DNA of 64,000 bases from Treponemataceae bacterium (GCA_963677895.2 CAXXGJ010000038.1:416001-480000), one strand, 5' to 3'; shown: positions 9,370-19,987, counted from the stretch's first letter. The notes: generated from the letters alone by a model not told the origin. A program made the numbers and translations.

Positions 9370-10764
9370 ATGATTCCAACCGTGAAGGAACTTTTATCAT
9401 CGAAGCTCGAAGGCCAGCACGTCACCGTGAAGGGCTGGGTGCGCACGAAGAGGCAGACCAAATCCGCCGTGTTCGTGGAGATCAATGATGGTTCCTGCAT
9501 GACGAATATACAGTGCGTTTTCGACGAGGAGAAGGTCGCGAAGCCCGCCCTGGCCGCCGAATTCGAGCGTACGACGACGGGCGCCAGCGTCAGCGTCGAA
9601 GGGACGCTCATCGTCTCCCCCGGCACAGGCCAGAAGCTCGAAGTGAAGGCTTCCTCCCTGAAAGTCATAGGCGAAGCTCCGGCCGACACCTACCCCCTTC
9701 AGAAAAAAGCCCATTCCATGGAATTCCTCCGCGAGATGGCTCACTTGAGGCCGCGCACGAACACCTTCGGCGCCGTGGCCCGCGTCCGGAACAGGATGGC
9801 CTTCGCCGTTCACCAGTTCTTCCAGGAGCGGGGCTTCTTCTATGTGCACACGCCCCTCATAACGGCGTCGGACGCCGAGGGCGCCGGCGCGATGTTCCAG
9901 GTGACGACCCTCGACCTCGACCGCATCGCGGCGGCGGGTGGTCCGGTGGACTATGACAAGGATTTCTTCGGCAAGCCTGCCTTCCTCACGGTTTCGGGCC
10001 AGCTCAACGTCGAGACCTACTGTCAGTCCATGAACCGCGTCTATACCTTCGGGCCGACCTTCAGGGCCGAAAATTCCAACACGACGAGGCATCTTTCCGA
10101 GTTCTGGATGATTGAGCCGGAAATCGCCTTCGCCGAGCTGGAGGACGACATCGCCCTCGCGCGGGATTTCCTCCTCTACCTCGTCAAGGTCGCTCTCAAG
10201 GACTGTTCCGAGGATCTCGCCTTCTTCGACGCCCGGATCCAGCCTGGACTCATCGACGATCTCACGAAGGTCGCCAAGGGCTCCTTCTCGCGCATGACCT
10301 ACACCGAGGCCGTCAAGGAACTGGAAAAGCACAAGGGCGTCTTCGAATTCGACCCCTACTGGGGCTGCGACCTCCAGAGCGAGCACGAAAAGTTCCTCAC
10401 GGAAAAAGTGGTGGGCGGCCCACTCGTCGTCACCGATTATCCCAAGGAAATCAAGGCTTTCTACATGAAGCAGAATGACGATGGCAAGACCGTCGCCGCC
10501 ATGGATGTCCTCGTGCCACGTTTCGGCGAGATCATGGGCGGCTCCGAGCGCGAGTGGCGCCTCGACCTCCTGCAGAAGCGCATCGTAGACGGCGGCCTCA
10601 ACCTCGACTCCTACAAGTGGTACCTCGACCTGCGGCGCTTCGGCTCCACGCCCCACGCGGGATTCGGCCTGGGCTTCGAGCGGCTTTTGCTCTATGTCAC
10701 CGGCATGACCAATATCAGGGATGTCATTCCCTTCCCGAGAGCGCCCAGACAAGCGGATTTCTGA
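9370..10764 (+). CDS. asnS: asparagine--tRNA ligase
   Basis: [59 protein letters not shown]. Confidence 0.97.
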   Translation: MIPTVKELLSSKLEGQHVTVKGWVRTKRQTKSAVFVEINDGSCMTNIQCVFDEEKVAKPALAAEFERTTTGASVSVEGTLIVSPGTGQKLEVKASSLKVIGEAPADTYPLQKKAHSMEFLREMAHLRPRTNTFGAVARVRNRMAFAVHQFFQERGFFYVHTPLITASDAEGAGAMFQVTTLDLDRIAAAGGPVDYDKDFFGKPAFLTVSGQLNVETYCQSMNRVYTFGPTFRAENSNTTRHLSEFWMIEPEIAFAELEDDIALARDFLLYLVKVALKDCSEDLAFFDARIQPGLIDDLTKVAKGSFSRMTYTEAVKELEKHKGVFEFDPYWGCDLQSEHEKFLTEKVVGGPLVVTDYPKEIKAFYMKQNDDGKTVAAMDVLVPRFGEIMGGSEREWRLDLLQKRIVDGGLNLDSYKWYLDLRRFGSTPHAGFGLGFERLLLYVTGMTNIRDVIPFPRAPRQADF

Positions 10765-10780
10765 GATTCCGGAAAACCCG

Positions 10781-12100
10781 ATGAATAACGACACACAAGC
10801 GATGCCCGAATTCCATGCGCGCGGGATGGCGAGGAAGGGAAAAGCGGCGACTAAAGCCTTGATGGCCGCCGTCGTCCTGGCCTTCATTTTAGCCATTCCC
10901 TTCAAACTGACGGCCCAGTCCAGCCGGCTTCCGGCCACCGAATCGGCGGGCATTTCACAGGCGCCCTCGGTGAACGCCCGCTCGGCTGTCCTCATCGACG
11001 CCAGGACGGGGACCCTTCTCTACGCCAAGAATCCCGACATTTCCCTGCCCCCCGCGAGCCTGACCAAGCTGGTCACGCTCCACCTCGTCTACGAGGAGAT
11101 AGCGGCCGGCCGCCTTTCGCCCGACGAACTTGTCGAGATCGACCGCAGGGACTGTTCGCCGATCGTCCCCTACGGCTCGTCGATCATGTATCTCCATCCC
11201 AAGATGAAGGTATCGATCCGCGACCTCATGCTCGGCGCGGCCGTGGTTTCGGGCAACGACGCCGCCTACGCCCTGGCGCGGCGAATCGCTGGCTCCAACG
11301 AGGCTTTCGCCGTGCTCATGAACAAGACGGTACAGGACATGGGTTTCGACCACCTGAAATTCGAGGAACCCTCGGGGCTCTCGGAATTCAACCTCGTCTC
11401 CGCCCGTCAATTCGCTTTATTCTGTAAAAAGTACCTGGAACTGCATCCACAGGCGCTGCAGGAGCTGCACTCGGTCAAGTCCATCGAGTTTCCCCGCGCC
11501 GAACACGCGGCGCCCGGCTTCGTGCCCGAAGGCAGGATCGTCCAATACAACCGCAATCCGCTGATATTCAGCTATCCGGGAGCCGACGGACTCAAGACCG
11601 GCTACATCATCGAAGTGGGTTTCAATATGGCCGCCACCGCCGAGCGCGACGGCACCCGTTTCATCGCCGTGACTCTCGGCGGCACGGGCTCGTCCTACGC
11701 GGGCGGGGGTCGTCAGCGCACGGCGGATACCACGCGTCTCCTCGACTGGGCTTTTGACAACTTTTCGACAATTAGTCTCGATCCGGGCGTCATACCGAGC
11801 CCCAGGACCTGGTTCGGCAATGTGAGAAGGGCCGAGCTCGTTCCCGCGAGGACGAATGCCGTCACCGTTCCGCGTTCGCAGTCCGAATCCCTGAGAATGC
11901 GCGTCGAGGTGCAGCCTTACGCCGACGCCCCTCTCGCGAAGGGCACGAAACTCGGCAGGATTGTCTACTCGCTGGGCCAGCGCGACGTTTCGGCCATCGA
12001 TCTCGTGACCTCGGCCGATATCCCCCACGGCAATATCTTCAGGCGCGCATGGGACGGCATCATGAAATTTTTCTCGGGTATTTTCGGGAAGAAGGCCTAA
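10781..12100 (+). CDS. dacA: D-alanyl-D-alanine carboxypeptidase (peptidase S11)
   Basis: SxxK (ASLTK), SGN and KTG motifs; PBP5-like C domain and amphipathic C-terminal helix. Confidence 0.92.
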   Translation: MNNDTQAMPEFHARGMARKGKAATKALMAAVVLAFILAIPFKLTAQSSRLPATESAGISQAPSVNARSAVLIDARTGTLLYAKNPDISLPPASLTKLVTLHLVYEEIAAGRLSPDELVEIDRRDCSPIVPYGSSIMYLHPKMKVSIRDLMLGAAVVSGNDAAYALARRIAGSNEAFAVLMNKTVQDMGFDHLKFEEPSGLSEFNLVSARQFALFCKKYLELHPQALQELHSVKSIEFPRAEHAAPGFVPEGRIVQYNRNPLIFSYPGADGLKTGYIIEVGFNMAATAERDGTRFIAVTLGGTGSSYAGGGRQRTADTTRLLDWAFDNFSTISLDPGVIPSPRTWFGNVRRAELVPARTNAVTVPRSQSESLRMRVEVQPYADAPLAKGTKLGRIVYSLGQRDVSAIDLVTSADIPHGNIFRRAWDGIMKFFSGIFGKKA

Positions 12101-12106
12101 TCGGCT

Positions 12107-12958
12107 TTAGCCGGAGATTCTCAGGCTGTCGCCCTCGTAGGCGGCGAAGCCTTCTTTGACGAGGGCTGAAGCGCATTTTTCGATGTTTTCGCGCGAAAAG
12201 GGAAGCGTCAGGTAAAGTTCTTCTATCTTCACTTTTTTGCTTTCGACGAGTCGCTTGAGGACGGCGCCCCGCACGCGCCTGAACGAGGTGGCGAAGGGCG
12301 CCTGCTTTTTATAGGCCGCGCCGCGCACCGAATGGTTGCCCTCGACCCGCTTGAGCTCGGAGCCGTAATCCATGAGGGCCGTGTACCAGCGACGCGGCGC
12401 GGTCGCGTCGAGAACCTGGGCCGCTATGCCTTCAAGAGCCCTGTCGGAGACGCCCGTCTCTTCGGGGAAAAAATGCTTTAAAAGAACGGTGCGGATATTG
12501 GTTTCCAGGAATACCGTCGGCCTGTCGAAGGCGAAGGCGAGTATCGCGCGGGAGGTATAGACGCCGATGCCCGGCAGGGAGCGCAGCGCGGCTTCGTCCT
12601 GGGGAACACGGCCTCCAAAATCCTTGGCGATGATCTGGCCGCTCCGGTGGAGGGCCAGCGCTCTTCTGTTGTAGCCGAGGCCGCTCCAGAACCGCAGGAC
12701 TTCGTCGGCGGGCGCCGCCGCGAGGCTTCCGATATCGGGGAAGCGTTCCATCCACGCAAGATACTTCGGGACTACCCTCGGTACCTGTGTCTGCTGAAGC
12801 ATCATCTCCGAAACCATGATCGCGTAAGGATCGGCGTCCCGCCTCCATGGCAGCTCACGCCAACAGGCGGCGGCGCTTTCATAGACGAGCGCCCGGAATG
12901 CCTCCGCTTCGCGGGCATCCATAGCGGGGAGGGCTTCCAGTGCGGTCTTATCTATCAT
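12107..12958 (-). CDS. mutY: A/G-specific adenine glycosylase, short form without Fe-S cysteine motif
   Basis: RELPWR, SEMMLQQTQV, WSGLGYNRRA, HhH LPGIGVYT, ALMDYG; no CX6CX2CX5C. Confidence 0.85.
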   Translation of the reverse strand: MIDKTALEALPAMDAREAEAFRALVYESAAACWRELPWRRDADPYAIMVSEMMLQQTQVPRVVPKYLAWMERFPDIGSLAAAPADEVLRFWSGLGYNRRALALHRSGQIIAKDFGGRVPQDEAALRSLPGIGVYTSRAILAFAFDRPTVFLETNIRTVLLKHFFPEETGVSDRALEGIAAQVLDATAPRRWYTALMDYGSELKRVEGNHSVRGAAYKKQAPFATSFRRVRGAVLKRLVESKKVKIEELYLTLPFSRENIEKCASALVKEGFAAYEGDSLRISG

Positions 12959-12988
12959 TGATGGATTTCCCGAAACGCTCTGCCGAGT

Positions 12989-13585
12989 TCAGGAATAGAT
13001 GTGCGCGAACTCGTGGAGAAGTTCTTCGGCCTTGGTTTTGCATTCCCCGCATACAGTGCCTATCTTGGTGGCTTCCTGAAGCTGATGCCAGTCCCTCGCT
13101 CCAGCCTTCACCGCCGTCTCGATGTCCTTATCGGTGATGTTGAGGCATTTGCAAATGACAGTGGCATCCTCGCCTTTGAACTCCCCCGCCCTGCCGTTCT
13201 TTTCCAGGTACTGGTCGATGGCCGCGCGCAGCGCTTTGTCGCCCAGAACCGAGCAGTGAATCTTGTTGTCGGGCAGTCCGCCCAGTTTCGCGGCTATGTC
13301 GGCCGGCTTGATGCCGTATGCCTGCCTGAGCTTCATGCCTTTGATGGATTCCGAAAGCATGGAGGTGCTGGCTATGGCCGAAGCGCAGCCATAGGTCTTC
13401 CAGCGCACGTCCGCGATTACGTCGTCTTTTATCTTGAGCATGAACATCATCTGGTCGCCGCATCGTATATTGCCCACAACCCCTTCGGCGTCGGCCTCAA
13501 AGGCCTCGTCGGGGTTGAAAACGTTCCTGGGATTCATGAAATGATCTTTTACGGTATCCGTATATAGCCACTGGAATGTATCCAT
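12989..13585 (-). CDS. nifU: Fe-S cluster scaffold NifU/IscU with C-terminal BFD-like [2Fe-2S] domain
   Basis: YTDTVKDHFMNPRN, CGD, YGCASAIAS, LGGLP..KIHCS; ICKC...GTVCGEC. Confidence 0.92.
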   Translation of the reverse strand: MDTFQWLYTDTVKDHFMNPRNVFNPDEAFEADAEGVVGNIRCGDQMMFMLKIKDDVIADVRWKTYGCASAIASTSMLSESIKGMKLRQAYGIKPADIAAKLGGLPDNKIHCSVLGDKALRAAIDQYLEKNGRAGEFKGEDATVICKCLNITDKDIETAVKAGARDWHQLQEATKIGTVCGECKTKAEELLHEFAHIYS

Positions 13586-13631
13586 AGCATTCTCCTTTTC
13601 GCTGTTTTTCACGTGTTGTTTCAGGCGGCGA

Positions 13632-14822
13632 TCAATTGACGGCCGCGGTCTCGGTCGCCGACACCGTCGACATTCTCCTGAGCCTTTCGATGATCGGGGG
13701 CAATTTCTCGATCACATAACGCACTTCTTCCTCGGTCGTGTACTTGCCCAGCGAAAAGCGGATCGAACCATGGGCCAGTTCGGGTCCGACGCCCGTCGCG
13801 AGGAGAACATGGGAGGGTTCGAGACTGCCCGAAGCGCAGGCCGAACCCGTGGAAACCTGGATGCCTTCCAGGTCCAGCGACAGAAGGATGGATTCGCCCT
13901 CGGCGCCGGGGAAGGAGATATTCAAGGTATTGGGCAGCACTTCCGTCGGATGTCCATTCACTTTCACGTGAGGAATCCTGGCCACGAGGCCGTCCTTGAG
14001 CATGGCGCGAAGGGAACGCAGCCTGGCGGAAAACTCCGGCAGGTCCTTGAGCGCGAGTTCGGCCGCTTTGCCGAACCCTATGATGCCGAGGTTGTTGTAG
14101 GTGCCCGCCCTCACGCCGTTTTCCTGGTGTCCGCCGCGTATGAGCGGGACGATGGGCGATCGAGGCCTGACATAGAGGGCGCCGATGCCTTTCGGTCCAT
14201 AGATTTTATGGCAGGACATGGTGAGGTAATCCACGCCCCAGTCTTCGACGGAGACCGAGATCTTGCCGATCGCCTGGGTGGCATCGGTATGGACGTAGGC
14301 TCCGACGGCTTTCGCCATTTTAGCTATCGTCTTGATGTCCTCGACGGTACCGATTTCGTTATTGGCGGCCATCACCGACACGAGGAGCGTATCAGGGGTG
14401 AGTTCCTTCCTGTACGCTTCCATGTCGACTCTTCCATAGGCGTCCACGGGAAGGTAGACGACGGGGAATCCTTCAGAAGCCAGATAGGCCGCGGAATTCA
14501 TGACGCAGGGATGCTCGATCGACGTCGTGATGATCTTCCTGCGGGAAGGCGTTCTGCGTCCAATATCGTACATCGTCATGAAAACCGTGTTGTTGGATTC
14601 GGAGCCGCCCGAAGTGAAATAGACGGAAGAGGAATCGGCCGCGCCGATGATCGCCGCCACGGATGCCCTGGCCTGCTCTATTTCGGCCCGAGCCCGTCTG
14701 CCCGCCTCATGCATGCTCGAAGCGTTGGCGTATATATCGAGCGCCTTTACCATGATGTCCTTGACCTCGGGTCGCAAGGGAGTCGTGGCGTTGTAATCCA
14801 TGTACACGAAATGCTGGGGCAT
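13632..14822 (-). CDS. nifS: cysteine desulfurase
   Basis: YMDYNATTP, FTSGGSESNN, HKIYGPKG, STGSACASGSLEPSHVL. Confidence 0.95.
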   Translation of the reverse strand: MPQHFVYMDYNATTPLRPEVKDIMVKALDIYANASSMHEAGRRARAEIEQARASVAAIIGAADSSSVYFTSGGSESNNTVFMTMYDIGRRTPSRRKIITTSIEHPCVMNSAAYLASEGFPVVYLPVDAYGRVDMEAYRKELTPDTLLVSVMAANNEIGTVEDIKTIAKMAKAVGAYVHTDATQAIGKISVSVEDWGVDYLTMSCHKIYGPKGIGALYVRPRSPIVPLIRGGHQENGVRAGTYNNLGIIGFGKAAELALKDLPEFSARLRSLRAMLKDGLVARIPHVKVNGHPTEVLPNTLNISFPGAEGESILLSLDLEGIQVSTGSACASGSLEPSHVLLATGVGPELAHGSIRFSLGKYTTEEEVRYVIEKLPPIIERLRRMSTVSATETAAVN

Positions 14823-14825
14823 GAT

Positions 14826-15254
14826 TTATTCTCCTTCTATTTTGCCGATGGCGATGAAGTGATCTTCCGCGAGATCCCCAAGCGATACCGACGAGAGATA
14901 GCCGTCCACCGCGTCCTTGAGACCGAGCCAGAATTTGCGCGGCATGCAGATGGCTCCCATGGAACAGACATTCCTATCGTCGACGCACTCCACGGGCCGG
15001 ACTTCGCCTTCCGTCGCCCTGACGATGTCGATCATTTTAATGTCCGAGGCTTCGCGCGACAGATGGTAGCCGCCCGAACGTCCTCTGTCCGAAATGACGA
15101 TGCCCGCCAATTTCAGTTGACTGAGGATTCCTTCAAGGTATTTGGGGGAGATCGCTTCCGCTTCGGCTATTTTCGAGGCGCTGTCGCCGCCCTTGCGGGC
15201 CAGATGCACTAAAGCCCTGATGGCGTACTGGGTTTTGACAGGGACTTGGAACAT
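14826..15254 (-). CDS. Rrf2 family regulator (IscR/CymR-like, three Cys)
   Basis: YAIRAL, ISPKYLEGIL, RGRSGGY, ECVDDRNVCSMGAIC; heads the nifS-nifU operon. Confidence 0.92.
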   Translation of the reverse strand: MFQVPVKTQYAIRALVHLARKGGDSASKIAEAEAISPKYLEGILSQLKLAGIVISDRGRSGGYHLSREASDIKMIDIVRATEGEVRPVECVDDRNVCSMGAICMPRKFWLGLKDAVDGYLSSVSLGDLAEDHFIAIGKIEGE

Positions 15255-15273
15255 CGAGGCTGTTTTCTCCTTA

Positions 15274-15322
15274 ATTCCTATGGGAATACTAGGAATATGC
15301 CATAGCGGAGAAAAACAGTCAA
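15274..15322 (-). promoter_or_regulatory. sigma70-type promoter with overlapping Rrf2-type inverted-repeat operator
   Basis: Minus strand TTGACT-17-CATATT (TG-extended); palindrome ATTCCTA-N9-TAGGAAT at 15274-15296 overlaps the -10/+1 region. Confidence 0.7.
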
Positions 15323-15344
15323 GAGAAAAGACGGATAGTTCGGC

Positions 15345-16517
15345 CTATTTCAGAAGTTCCACGTGATCGAAGCCTCTCGTGCAGGAGAGTTCGTCGAACA
15401 CGAAGCCATAGCCTGTGCTTCCCGCTGGCCTCGAGAAATCGCCGCCGGAGGCGATCGACTCGGCGAGTATCTTGCCCACGCCGGGCCCCATCATGAAGCC
15501 CTGGCCGCACATCCCGACCGCCTGGAGGAAGTTTTTCGCCTTTTCTGGATAACCGATGATAGGAAGGCCGTCGGGCGTCATCGGATACATGCCGCGCCAG
15601 GTGCGCCTCACCCTCAGGTTGCGCAGGCGCGGATAGAGTTCGAGCATGCGCCGCGCGCAGAGCGGAAGGAAGCTCGACGTGGAGCCCTTGTCCCTGCCCC
15701 ATATCTGCGGCCGCGGGGTGATGCAGAAGACAACCTGTCCCGTGCCCGCCTGATAGAAATAGTAGTTGCCGGATTCGGAATCAGGCCTGATGTCCACGAC
15801 CATGGGTTCCATGAAGCGCTGCACGGGCTCGGTGACGCCCGCCTCATGGCAGTCTGGGTGGATCGGGATGTCCACGCCGGCCAGGCTGGCCAGGTCGGCG
15901 GCCTCGGCGCCCGCGGCGTTTATGAAGAGCGGAGCGCTCCAGGTTTCGCCGCCCGCCGACAGGCTCGTGACCCGATCCGCTTCCATATTCACGCTCTCGA
16001 TTCTCGTGTTGAAGAAGAAATCGACGCCCGCGGCCATCGCCAGCTTGTGATAGGCCGTGCCCGCCATCAGGGGAGAGGCGAAACCGTCCCCGGGGCTGAA
16101 GGTGCCGCCGAGCAGGCCATCGCGGCGGATGCCCGGCGACAGCCTTTCCACGACATCGGGGCCGACCCAGTCTATGTCCAGTCCCGCTTCCTTCTGCAAT
16201 TTCAGGAGATTGAGGAAGGAAGCGCGCGTGGCTTCGTCGTAAGCTACGTAGAGATAGCCGCCCTTCAGCCATTCGATGTCGAGACCGTGCTCTTCCTTCA
16301 TGGTCGATACGATCTTGATGGATTCTAGGCAAATCCTGATTTTGGCGGCGTCGGAGTGGGTCGCGCGCAGGCCGCCGATGGCCGCCCGGTTCTGTCCCCT
16401 GCCCCAGGAGGCTTCCTGGTCGATGACCGCCACCTTGAGACCGCGCTCGGCGAGCTGCCATGAGAGAGGGACGCCGATCGAGCCGGCGCCGGCTATCACG
16501 ATATCGTATGTTTTCAC
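15345..16517 (-). CDS. FAD-dependent oxidoreductase, DAO family (sarcosine oxidase beta / proline dehydrogenase beta-like)
   Basis: GAGSIG, FINAAG, RTWRGMYPMTPDGLPIIG, GMCGQGFMMGP; 4-bp overlap with upstream gene. Confidence 0.85.
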   Translation of the reverse strand: MKTYDIVIAGAGSIGVPLSWQLAERGLKVAVIDQEASWGRGQNRAAIGGLRATHSDAAKIRICLESIKIVSTMKEEHGLDIEWLKGGYLYVAYDEATRASFLNLLKLQKEAGLDIDWVGPDVVERLSPGIRRDGLLGGTFSPGDGFASPLMAGTAYHKLAMAAGVDFFFNTRIESVNMEADRVTSLSAGGETWSAPLFINAAGAEAADLASLAGVDIPIHPDCHEAGVTEPVQRFMEPMVVDIRPDSESGNYYFYQAGTGQVVFCITPRPQIWGRDKGSTSSFLPLCARRMLELYPRLRNLRVRRTWRGMYPMTPDGLPIIGYPEKAKNFLQAVGMCGQGFMMGPGVGKILAESIASGGDFSRPAGSTGYGFVFDELSCTRGFDHVELLK

Positions 16518-18634
16518 GGTGCCCCCCTGGAACCCGCGTCCTTGCCGCCCAGTTTGGAGAGGCCTTCGTTGACGACCTCGCCCATCGGCACTTCCATGAA
16601 GAGAGGCCGCAGCGAGCCCGGCTCGACCTCGGCGAGATTCACGCCCGCGAGCTTGAAGGCTCTTCCCACGAGCTGGGAACAGGTCTTGGCGCCGCAGGCG
16701 CCCATGCCCACCCTCAGCGTCTTGAGCTGATTGATGTCCCTGACATCGTTTTCCTTGATGAACCGAATCAGTTCGCCCAAGGTGACGCGCTCGCAGCGGC
16801 AGACATAGGCGTCGGTGTCGACGCAGCCCGATTCGGTCACAGGCGTACCTTCCGACACTTCCGGTCCCTGGACCCTGATGCCGGCTATGCTCGACGCGTT
16901 GCGCAAGGATGTCCTGAAGGTGAGGAGCCAGGTGTTCTTCTTCGCGTTCCGTTTCCGCGATACCAGGGGGGCGCGTTCCAGGAAAGCGCCTTCCTGTCCC
17001 ACCAGGTCCATCATCGTGCCGTCGGGAAAGTCGGCGGCGAATTCCCAGGGCAGGATGACTTCGGCCGCGTCATCCGCCACTCTTCGTATGAGGCTGACGG
17101 CCAGACCGGGGCAGATCGACACGCAGGAGAGGCAGCCGATGCACTTCGTCCCGTCGAAATAGGGCAGATCGAGGAGGTTATGACGAACCGGTCTCAGCTT
17201 GATGGCCGAGGTCGGGCAGACCGTCGTGCAGGGATTGCATGGAATCTCCTCGGAACAGAAGAAGACGGGGCTCCATTTGGCTTCGGGGAGAACCGGGCTT
17301 CTCGAGAACACGTCTCCCGGCCGCGATTTGAGGACATCGCGCTTGGGAATCCATGTCGGATCTATTTCTATCCTTTTGCCTAGCATCCTGGCCAGGGCGA
17401 AGGCCGCGATCCTGCCGCCGAACATCGCGCTGGAAGCTTCGGCGATCTCCTCGGCGTCGCCGGCCGCCACGGCGAGAATGCCGTAGCTCTGCGCCTGCCT
17501 CAGAAATTCGTCGCAGGACGCGAGGCCAGTGGCGATGAGGACGGTATCGACATCGTGGGCGACAGCGGTCCCGGGAATTGGCCTGAAATTGTCGTCCACC
17601 TTGGAGACGAGAGCCCTGGTCACCCTGCCCTGATCCGATCCCTCGCTTTCGGCCCTCAGGATCGTCGTGTTGAGGTGGATGGGAACGCCCATGCGGCGGA
17701 TCTTGTCGGCGTGGACCTTGTAGCCGGTGATCCGGCCAGCCACCTCGACGATGCCCGCCACCTGAATCCCCGCCTGGAGGGCATGATAGGCGGCGATGAG
17801 GCCGACGTTGCCCGATCCTACGATGAGAAGCTTCTTGGAAGCCGCGACGAGATCGCGGTTGACGAGGGTCTGGAAGGCCCCGGCGCCGTAGACGCCGGGC
17901 AGATCGTTGCCCGGGAAGAGGATGCTTTTCTCGCGGGCGCCCGCCGCCACGACCAGGGCCGTGAACTCGACAAGGAGGTAGGAGGAGTAATCCTTGTAGA
18001 CGCCCGCCTTTCTGTCCTTGAAGATGGCGACGACGGGGGCGTTCCTCAGGATGGTGACGTTGGGCAATTTTTTCAGTTTGTCTTCGAGCTTGCTGGCGAT
18101 CTCGATGCCGCGAACGCCGGCGTAGCAATCTTCCTCCGAGCCGAAGAATTTGTGGGTCTGGAGCACCAGTTTGCCGCCCAACTTTTCCTTGTCGTCGGCT
18201 ATGATGACCTGGAATCCCATCTTGCCCAACTCCAGGGCGGCGGAAAGGCCAGAGGGCCCTCCCCCGATCACGAGGATGTCGGTGCGTATCGTGCGTCGTT
18301 CGGCTTGCTGCAATGGGGCGTCCATGGCCGGAAGCGCGGGAAGCCCCACGAGGGTGCGTACATCCATGCCCTCCGCGAGGGGCGTGACGCATGACTTGCG
18401 GGGGATGCCATCGATCAGGACCGTGCATTGCGAACACTGACCGTTCGCGCAGAACAGGCCCTGGGGAGCCCCGTCCTTGGGATGCAGGGAAAAGCGGGAG
18501 ATTCCGAGAGCCACGAGGGAGGACGCGACGGGTTCGCCCGCTATTCCGGACGCTGGCTTTCCGTCAAAAAAAAAGCCGACTTCCTTCACCCCTTCGGGTA
18601 TCGGAAGCACGGGATGCGTGACGATTCTAGACAT
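16514..18634 (-). CDS. multidomain Fe-S flavoprotein (2Fe-2S + FAD/NAD-binding + 2x[4Fe-4S] + BFD-like), proline dehydrogenase alpha/HcnAB-like fusion
   Basis: FCANGQCSQC; IGGGPSGLSAA; FPGNDLPGV; GSGNVG; CNPCTTVCP/CIGCLSCVSICP; CRCE..GMGACGAKTC; SD GAGGAG. Confidence 0.85.
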   Translation of the reverse strand: MSRIVTHPVLPIPEGVKEVGFFFDGKPASGIAGEPVASSLVALGISRFSLHPKDGAPQGLFCANGQCSQCTVLIDGIPRKSCVTPLAEGMDVRTLVGLPALPAMDAPLQQAERRTIRTDILVIGGGPSGLSAALELGKMGFQVIIADDKEKLGGKLVLQTHKFFGSEEDCYAGVRGIEIASKLEDKLKKLPNVTILRNAPVVAIFKDRKAGVYKDYSSYLLVEFTALVVAAGAREKSILFPGNDLPGVYGAGAFQTLVNRDLVAASKKLLIVGSGNVGLIAAYHALQAGIQVAGIVEVAGRITGYKVHADKIRRMGVPIHLNTTILRAESEGSDQGRVTRALVSKVDDNFRPIPGTAVAHDVDTVLIATGLASCDEFLRQAQSYGILAVAAGDAEEIAEASSAMFGGRIAAFALARMLGKRIEIDPTWIPKRDVLKSRPGDVFSRSPVLPEAKWSPVFFCSEEIPCNPCTTVCPTSAIKLRPVRHNLLDLPYFDGTKCIGCLSCVSICPGLAVSLIRRVADDAAEVILPWEFAADFPDGTMMDLVGQEGAFLERAPLVSRKRNAKKNTWLLTFRTSLRNASSIAGIRVQGPEVSEGTPVTESGCVDTDAYVCRCERVTLGELIRFIKENDVRDINQLKTLRVGMGACGAKTCSQLVGRAFKLAGVNLAEVEPGSLRPLFMEVPMGEVVNEGLSKLGGKDAGSRGAP

Positions 18635-18767
18635 TATTCTCCTCACAGAAAACTAAACCAGATAACGCAGGCTATAGCCACTCCGCCAGGCTGTCAAGGA
18701 AGAAAAGAGGATCGTTTTTAGCTTGCGAATTGTAATTTGCTACTATACGATAGGTTATGGAGGCACA

Positions 18768-19949
18768 ATGATGTCAGAAACGAGGAAACACGGACGAGGG
18801 ATTTTGCTCGTCACATGCCTGGCGGCAGCGATGATTCTGATTCTGGCCGGATGCAGCGGAGCCAAGGCGGGGAAGACCATCAAGATCGCCCTTCAGGCGC
18901 CGATCACCGGTGACTATGCTTACGAAGGCCAGATGGCCAAGCAGTCCGTCGAAGTGGCTGCCGAACTGATCAACAAGGCCGGAGGCGTTCTGGGCAAACA
19001 GGTGGAAATCGTCGTCGTGGACGACGGCTCCAACCCCAAGGATTCAGCCCTGGCCGCTCAGAAAGCCGTATCCCAGAAAGTGGTCGCCGTCATCGGCAGC
19101 TACGGTTCTTCGGTGACGGAACCGGCGGCCGATATCTATGAAAAAAACAAAATCGTGTCGGTTGGCTACGGCTGCACGGCCGTCAGGCTCACCATGGACA
19201 AGGACAGGAAATTCTTCTTCAGGACCTGCGGACGCGACGACGCCCAGGGCCTGTTCTTCGGTAAATACGCCGTGGAGACGATGGGCGCCAAACGCATCGC
19301 CATAATGCATGACAATTCCACCTTCGCGAAAGGCGTGGCCGACGAAGCCAAGAAAGCCCTCGAGCCATATATCGCGGCTGGCAAAACCGAAATCGTCTAC
19401 TTCGACGCCATCACGCCCAAGGAAAAGGATTTCTCCTCGGCGGTGACCAAGTTGCGCGAAACCAACCCGGATGTCTGGTACTTTACCGGCTATTATCCCG
19501 AAGCCGGACTCCTCATCCGCCAGGCCCGCGACGCGGGACTCAATTGCCCCTTCATCGGCGGCAACGCGGCCATCAACGACGATTTCGTGAAGATAGCCGG
19601 GCTAAACGTCGCTCAGGGCGCCCTCATGACCCAGGAGCCCCTCGTCACCGACGTGACGACGCCCATCGCCGAACAGTTTAAGGCTCTCTACGCGGAAAAA
19701 TTTAAGGAACTTCCCTCCAGCCCATGGCCAGTCTACGCGGCTGACGGACTCTACGGCATAGTGGGCGCCATCGCCAAGGCCGGCAAGACCGACAGCGCGG
19801 CGATCGCCGATGCCATGAGGACGAAGATGGACGGCGTCGAGGGCGTCACCGGCGCGGTGCTCTTCACCGAGCGCGGCGACCGCAAGGATGTGCCCTACAA
19901 GATGTACGTCGTAAGCGGCGAAGGCAAACTCGTAGTATCGGACAAGTGA
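18768..19949 (+). CDS. livK: branched-chain amino acid-type ABC transporter substrate-binding lipoprotein
   Basis: Lipobox LAGC, PITG..A..G, INKAGGVLG, FFRTCGRDDAQG. Confidence 0.9.
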   Translation: MMSETRKHGRGILLVTCLAAAMILILAGCSGAKAGKTIKIALQAPITGDYAYEGQMAKQSVEVAAELINKAGGVLGKQVEIVVVDDGSNPKDSALAAQKAVSQKVVAVIGSYGSSVTEPAADIYEKNKIVSVGYGCTAVRLTMDKDRKFFFRTCGRDDAQGLFFGKYAVETMGAKRIAIMHDNSTFAKGVADEAKKALEPYIAAGKTEIVYFDAITPKEKDFSSAVTKLRETNPDVWYFTGYYPEAGLLIRQARDAGLNCPFIGGNAAINDDFVKIAGLNVAQGALMTQEPLVTDVTTPIAEQFKALYAEKFKELPSSPWPVYAADGLYGIVGAIAKAGKTDSAAIADAMRTKMDGVEGVTGAVLFTERGDRKDVPYKMYVVSGEGKLVVSDK

Positions 19950-19987
19950 CATAGGCGGTTCGCCATAGCAAGAGCGCTATAACAAAC

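Noticed and set aside
9397..10995. 532-aa minus-strand ORF, and similar long antisense ORFs at 13770-15212, 35503-36945, 53698-55347 and 58971-60122
   Set aside because: Shadow frames of well-supported genes in GC-rich DNA; no recognisable motifs.
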